From an uncultured Clostridia bacterium (GTDB lineage Bacteria > Bacillota > Clostridia > TANB77 > CAG-508), in the NCBI GenBank assembly GCA_963558405.1, contig CAUWGC010000028.1, positions 1 through 10,407 on the forward strand: a DNA stretch of 10,407 bases, given 5' to 3'. Made by a program: the position numbers and the translations under genes. This document shows, piece by piece, positions 7,645 through 10,407 of this stretch; the first letter of the stretch is position 1; each line of letters opens with the position of its first letter. The notes below the pieces were generated by a model. The model did no database searches. It had not been told where the DNA came from and was given only the letters and a program-made list of their open reading frames with translations.

Positions 7645-8332
7645 GAGAATCCTCCAAAGCTCTTTCAGCCTGAGACTTTTTTAAATACATAGGTGAAAGA
7701 TTACAATTTTTTATATCTGTTTTTATAAAATGATAATAAGCTGATTTTCCTATGCTAATTGCATTAGGAATGCTATACTTTTCATCTAAAAAAATAGAAT
7801 TTTCTTTTAATTTATTATGTAGCAAATCTTTATGAATAATACTACCATTTCCTAAAAAAGTGATTTTTTCAGAAAAATTTGAAAGTGAATCTAATACTAC
7901 TGAAATGTGTTCTGCTAAAAAATCACCAATAGGAATGTATAAATTTTCTTGTTTTTTAAAAAGACCATAATAAACATTATCATTTTTAGCATCAATTAAA
8001 ACAGCAACCAAACCGGTTAAATTGATATTATTTGCAAGACTTTCTAAAGAACTAATGCCTAAAGCAGGAATATTTAATGTATCAGAAAAAGCTTTTACAG
8101 TTGATATTCCTATACGTATTCCAGTAAAAGATCCTGGACCTTTATTAACAGCAAGTAAATCAATATCAGTCAAATTTAGATTTGATTCATCTAAAACTTC
8201 TTTAATTAAAGGCATTAGTTTTTCAGAATGAGTTTTTTTATCATTAATATTTTTATTAAGTAAAACATTATCATTTTCTAATAAACAGACACTACAAATA
8301 TCTGATGCAGTATCTAAACTTAAAATTTTCAT
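7634..8332 (-). CDS. tsaB: tRNA t6A37 biosynthesis protein TsaB (YeaZ)
   Basis: MKILSLDTA, THSEKLMPLI, GPGSFTGIRIG, IDAK, and C-terminal PMYLKKSQAER; ATGA 4-nt overlap with tsaE. Confidence 0.96.
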   Translation of the reverse strand: MKILSLDTASDICSVCLLENDNVLLNKNINDKKTHSEKLMPLIKEVLDESNLNLTDIDLLAVNKGPGSFTGIRIGISTVKAFSDTLNIPALGISSLESLANNINLTGLVAVLIDAKNDNVYYGLFKKQENLYIPIGDFLAEHISVVLDSLSNFSEKITFLGNGSIIHKDLLHNKLKENSIFLDEKYSIPNAISIGKSAYYHFIKTDIKNCNLSPMYLKKSQAERALEDSHGN

Positions 8333-8751
8333 ATATTTTTTACCTCTATAATTCTAGTATTTTCTTTTTCTATTTCCTTTTTTATATTAATCTGTATATA
8401 GTGTTTAGGAAGGACATTTTTTATTTGTTCTCCCCATTCAATAATACAAATACCTTTTGAAAAATATTCTTCGCCGCCAATTGCATAAAATTCATCTTCA
8501 TCTTCCAAACGGTATACATCAAAATGATAAATTGGTGCAGAAGGTGTATAATATTCATTAACAATAGTAAAAGTAGGACTTGAAATTTCGTGTTCTAATC
8601 CAAAATAAGTTAAAATTCCTTCTGTAAATTTTGTTTTGCCTGCTCCTAAATCTCCAGTTAATACAATAACATCACCAATTTTTAAATTTTTAGCAAAATT
8701 TTTAGCAAAAGAAATTGTTTCTTCAGGTGAATTTACAATAAATTGATTCAT
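8329..8751 (-). CDS. tsaE: tRNA t6A37 biosynthesis ATPase TsaE (YjeE)
   Basis: LTGDLGAGKT P-loop, SSPTFTIVNEY, YHFDVYRL, IIEWG. Confidence 0.97.
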   Translation of the reverse strand: MNQFIVNSPEETISFAKNFAKNLKIGDVIVLTGDLGAGKTKFTEGILTYFGLEHEISSPTFTIVNEYYTPSAPIYHFDVYRLEDEDEFYAIGGEEYFSKGICIIEWGEQIKNVLPKHYIQINIKKEIEKENTRIIEVKNI

Positions 8752-8788
8752 TTTTTTATCCTCATATTTTACAATAATATTTAATCGT

Positions 8789-8817
8789 ATTCTATCGTAA
8801 GATAGAAAATTTGTAAA
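8789..8817 (-). promoter_or_regulatory. sigmaA-type promoter of tsaE-tsaB-rimI
   Basis: On - strand: TTTACA (8817-8812), 17-bp spacer, TAGAAT (8794-8789); RBS GAGGA just upstream of the tsaE ATG. Confidence 0.65.
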
Positions 8818-8851
8818 GATATTATCGAAAAAAGAAATATATTTTTACTAC

Positions 8852-8881
8852 TTGACTTAAATATTAATTAAATGATAATAT
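8852..8881 (+). promoter_or_regulatory. sigmaA-type promoter of the serine dehydratase gene
   Basis: TTGACT (8852-8857), then either GATAAT at 16 bp or TG-A-TAATAT at 18 bp; RBS AGGAGGT just before the ATG at 8914. Confidence 0.55.
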
Positions 8882-8913
8882 TTACGAATTAAAAAGGCAA
8901 TCAGGAGGTAAAA

Positions 8914-10140
8914 ATGAAATCAATAAAAGAAATATATAAAATAGGTAATGGACCTTCTAGTTCTCATACAATGGGACCTAAAAGAGCAATATTGTACATG
9001 CAAGATAAATATAAAGATGCAGATTATTTTAAAGTAACGTTATATGGATCTTTAGCTTATACTGGAAAAGGTCATTTAACAGATAAAATAATAATACAAG
9101 CAGTAGCTCCTAAAAAAGTAGATGTGATTTTTGATAAAAAAGAAAAAAATATAAAACATCCTAATACAATGGATATAATAGCATATAAAGAAGAAAAAGA
9201 AATTGGAAAAATAAGAGTATATTCTATTGGTGGTGGAAGTATTAACATAGAAGGAGAAGAAGCAAAAGAAGAAAAAGATATTTATCCACAAACTAAATTT
9301 GAAACTATTTTTGAGGAGTGCAAAAAGAAAAATATATCATTATTAGAATATATATATGAAATTGAAGGAGAAGAAATAAAATATTATTTAAAAGAAGTAT
9401 TGGATACAATGATAAAGGGGGTTAAAGAAGGTCTTAATGAAGAAGGGACTATTCCAGGAAAATTACAAATACCAAGAAAAGCAAAAGCAATATATAATAA
9501 AAAAATAGATAATGAGACAGAAAATTTTAAAAGAACAAGATTATTAACATCTTATGCATATGCTACAAATGAAAGAAATGCTTCTGGAGAAGTAATTGTA
9601 ACTGCGCCAACATGTGGAGCTTCAGGAGTGCTTCCAGCAGTACTATATTATTTAAAAGAAAATGAAAATATAAAAGAAGAAAAATTAATAGAAGGATTAG
9701 CAATTGCTGGATTAATAGGAAATATAGTAAAAGAAAATGCATCAATAAGTGGAGCAGAGTGTGGTTGTCAAGCAGAAGTTGGAACTGCATGTTCAATGGC
9801 TTCAGCTGCATATGCATATATAAAAGGAAATTCAATAGATATAATAGAATGTGCTGCAGAAATTGCAATGGAACATCATTTAGGATTAACTTGTGATCCT
9901 ATTTATGGATATGTACAAATACCATGTATAGAAAGAAATGCAGTAGCAGCTATTAGAGCAATAGATTCAGCAAATATGGCAGAGCTACTTTATAAAGATA
10001 GAAAAATATCATTTGATTTAGTTGTAGAAACAATGTATGAAACAGGAAAAGACTTAAGAAGTCATTATAGAGAAACAAGTGAAGGTGGACTTGCAAAAAA
10101 ATATTGCAGAAATAAGTATTATAATGATAAATTAGAATAA
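8914..10140 (+). CDS. sdaA: L-serine ammonia-lyase (L-serine dehydratase), [4Fe-4S]-dependent, single chain (beta+alpha)
   Basis: GPSSSHTMGP, LYGSLAYTGKGH.TD, SIGGG (beta domain); TAPTCGASG, SISGAECGCQAEVG, EHHLGLTCDP and VQIPCIERN (alpha domain carrying the three cluster cysteines). Confidence 0.93.
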   Translation: MKSIKEIYKIGNGPSSSHTMGPKRAILYMQDKYKDADYFKVTLYGSLAYTGKGHLTDKIIIQAVAPKKVDVIFDKKEKNIKHPNTMDIIAYKEEKEIGKIRVYSIGGGSINIEGEEAKEEKDIYPQTKFETIFEECKKKNISLLEYIYEIEGEEIKYYLKEVLDTMIKGVKEGLNEEGTIPGKLQIPRKAKAIYNKKIDNETENFKRTRLLTSYAYATNERNASGEVIVTAPTCGASGVLPAVLYYLKENENIKEEKLIEGLAIAGLIGNIVKENASISGAECGCQAEVGTACSMASAAYAYIKGNSIDIIECAAEIAMEHHLGLTCDPIYGYVQIPCIERNAVAAIRAIDSANMAELLYKDRKISFDLVVETMYETGKDLRSHYRETSEGGLAKKYCRNKYYNDKLE

Positions 10141-10150
10141 ATTAATATAA

Positions 10151-10205
10151 ATAAATATAACTTGATAATGAAGTAGAGATACTTTGATTATCAAGTTGTA
10201 TTTAT
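10151..10205 (+). terminator. Long stem-loop after sdaA, probable terminator or 3' stabilising hairpin
   Basis: ATAAATATAACTTGATAAT (10151-10169) pairs with ATTATCAAGTTGTATTTAT (10187-10205) with one G-U pair. Inner stem GAAGTA/TACTTT closes a GAGA tetraloop. Starts 10 nt after the stop. Confidence 0.6.
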
Positions 10206-10307
10206 AAAAATGAAGTAAATTATATATTAAAAACAACAAAGATATGAAATGAGAAAATGACAATATTTTTTAGTAAAAAATGGTTGAACTGGCAATGGAA
10301 AATTTTA

Positions 10308-10370
10308 AAAAATAAAAAAATAAAAAAAGTCGAAAAAAGTATTGACAGAAACAAATAAAAATGGTAGTAT
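10308..10370 (+). promoter_or_regulatory. Strong sigmaA promoter with A-tract UP element; transcript runs off the window end
   Basis: TTGACA (10342-10347), 17-bp spacer, TG-G-TAGTAT (10362-10370), preceded by several A5-A7 tracts. Confidence 0.8.
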
Positions 10371-10407
10371 ATAAATGTACCAAGTAAACCAAAAGAAAAA
10401 CAAATAA

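Noticed and set aside
6763-9868. ORFs 6763-6951 (alternate frame in the protease), 8022-8231, 9076-9291 and 9563-9868
   Set aside because: Shadow ORFs nested in or antisense to confident genes, with no RBS or domain evidence and no sign of programmed frameshifting.
10206-10340. A-rich quasi-repeats (GAAATGAGAAAATGA, AAAAATAAAAAAATAAAAAAA) as a possible CRISPR leader, tandem repeat or small ORF
   Set aside because: No regularly spaced repeat-spacer units and no credible RBS/ORF; low-complexity AT-rich intergenic DNA and a promoter UP element explain them.

Overview
AT-rich chromosomal housekeeping region, most likely from a low-GC Bacillota (Clostridia-like) genome; this is inferred from gene order, GGAGG ribosome-binding sites and sigmaA-type promoters. 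The + strand carries the conserved ylxM-ffh-rpsP-khpA-rimM-trmD-rplS cluster, which ends at a bidirectional terminator. The - strand carries tsaE-tsaB-rimI, a 793-aa Lon-like (S16, LonC-type) protease and a 124-aa orphan gene with its own promoter and atypical codon usage. A single-chain Fe-S L-serine dehydratase is divergent from tsaE and is followed by a long hairpin and a near-consensus promoter whose target lies beyond the window. I see no CRISPR array, transposase, integrase, tRNA/rRNA gene or convincing new multi-gene system. The most interesting items are modest: the inserted orphan gene, an acidic C-terminal tail on bL19, a Lon-like protease lacking Walker B, and several candidate cis-regulatory palindromes and hairpins. 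All calls come from motif recognition by eye; no database searches were run.
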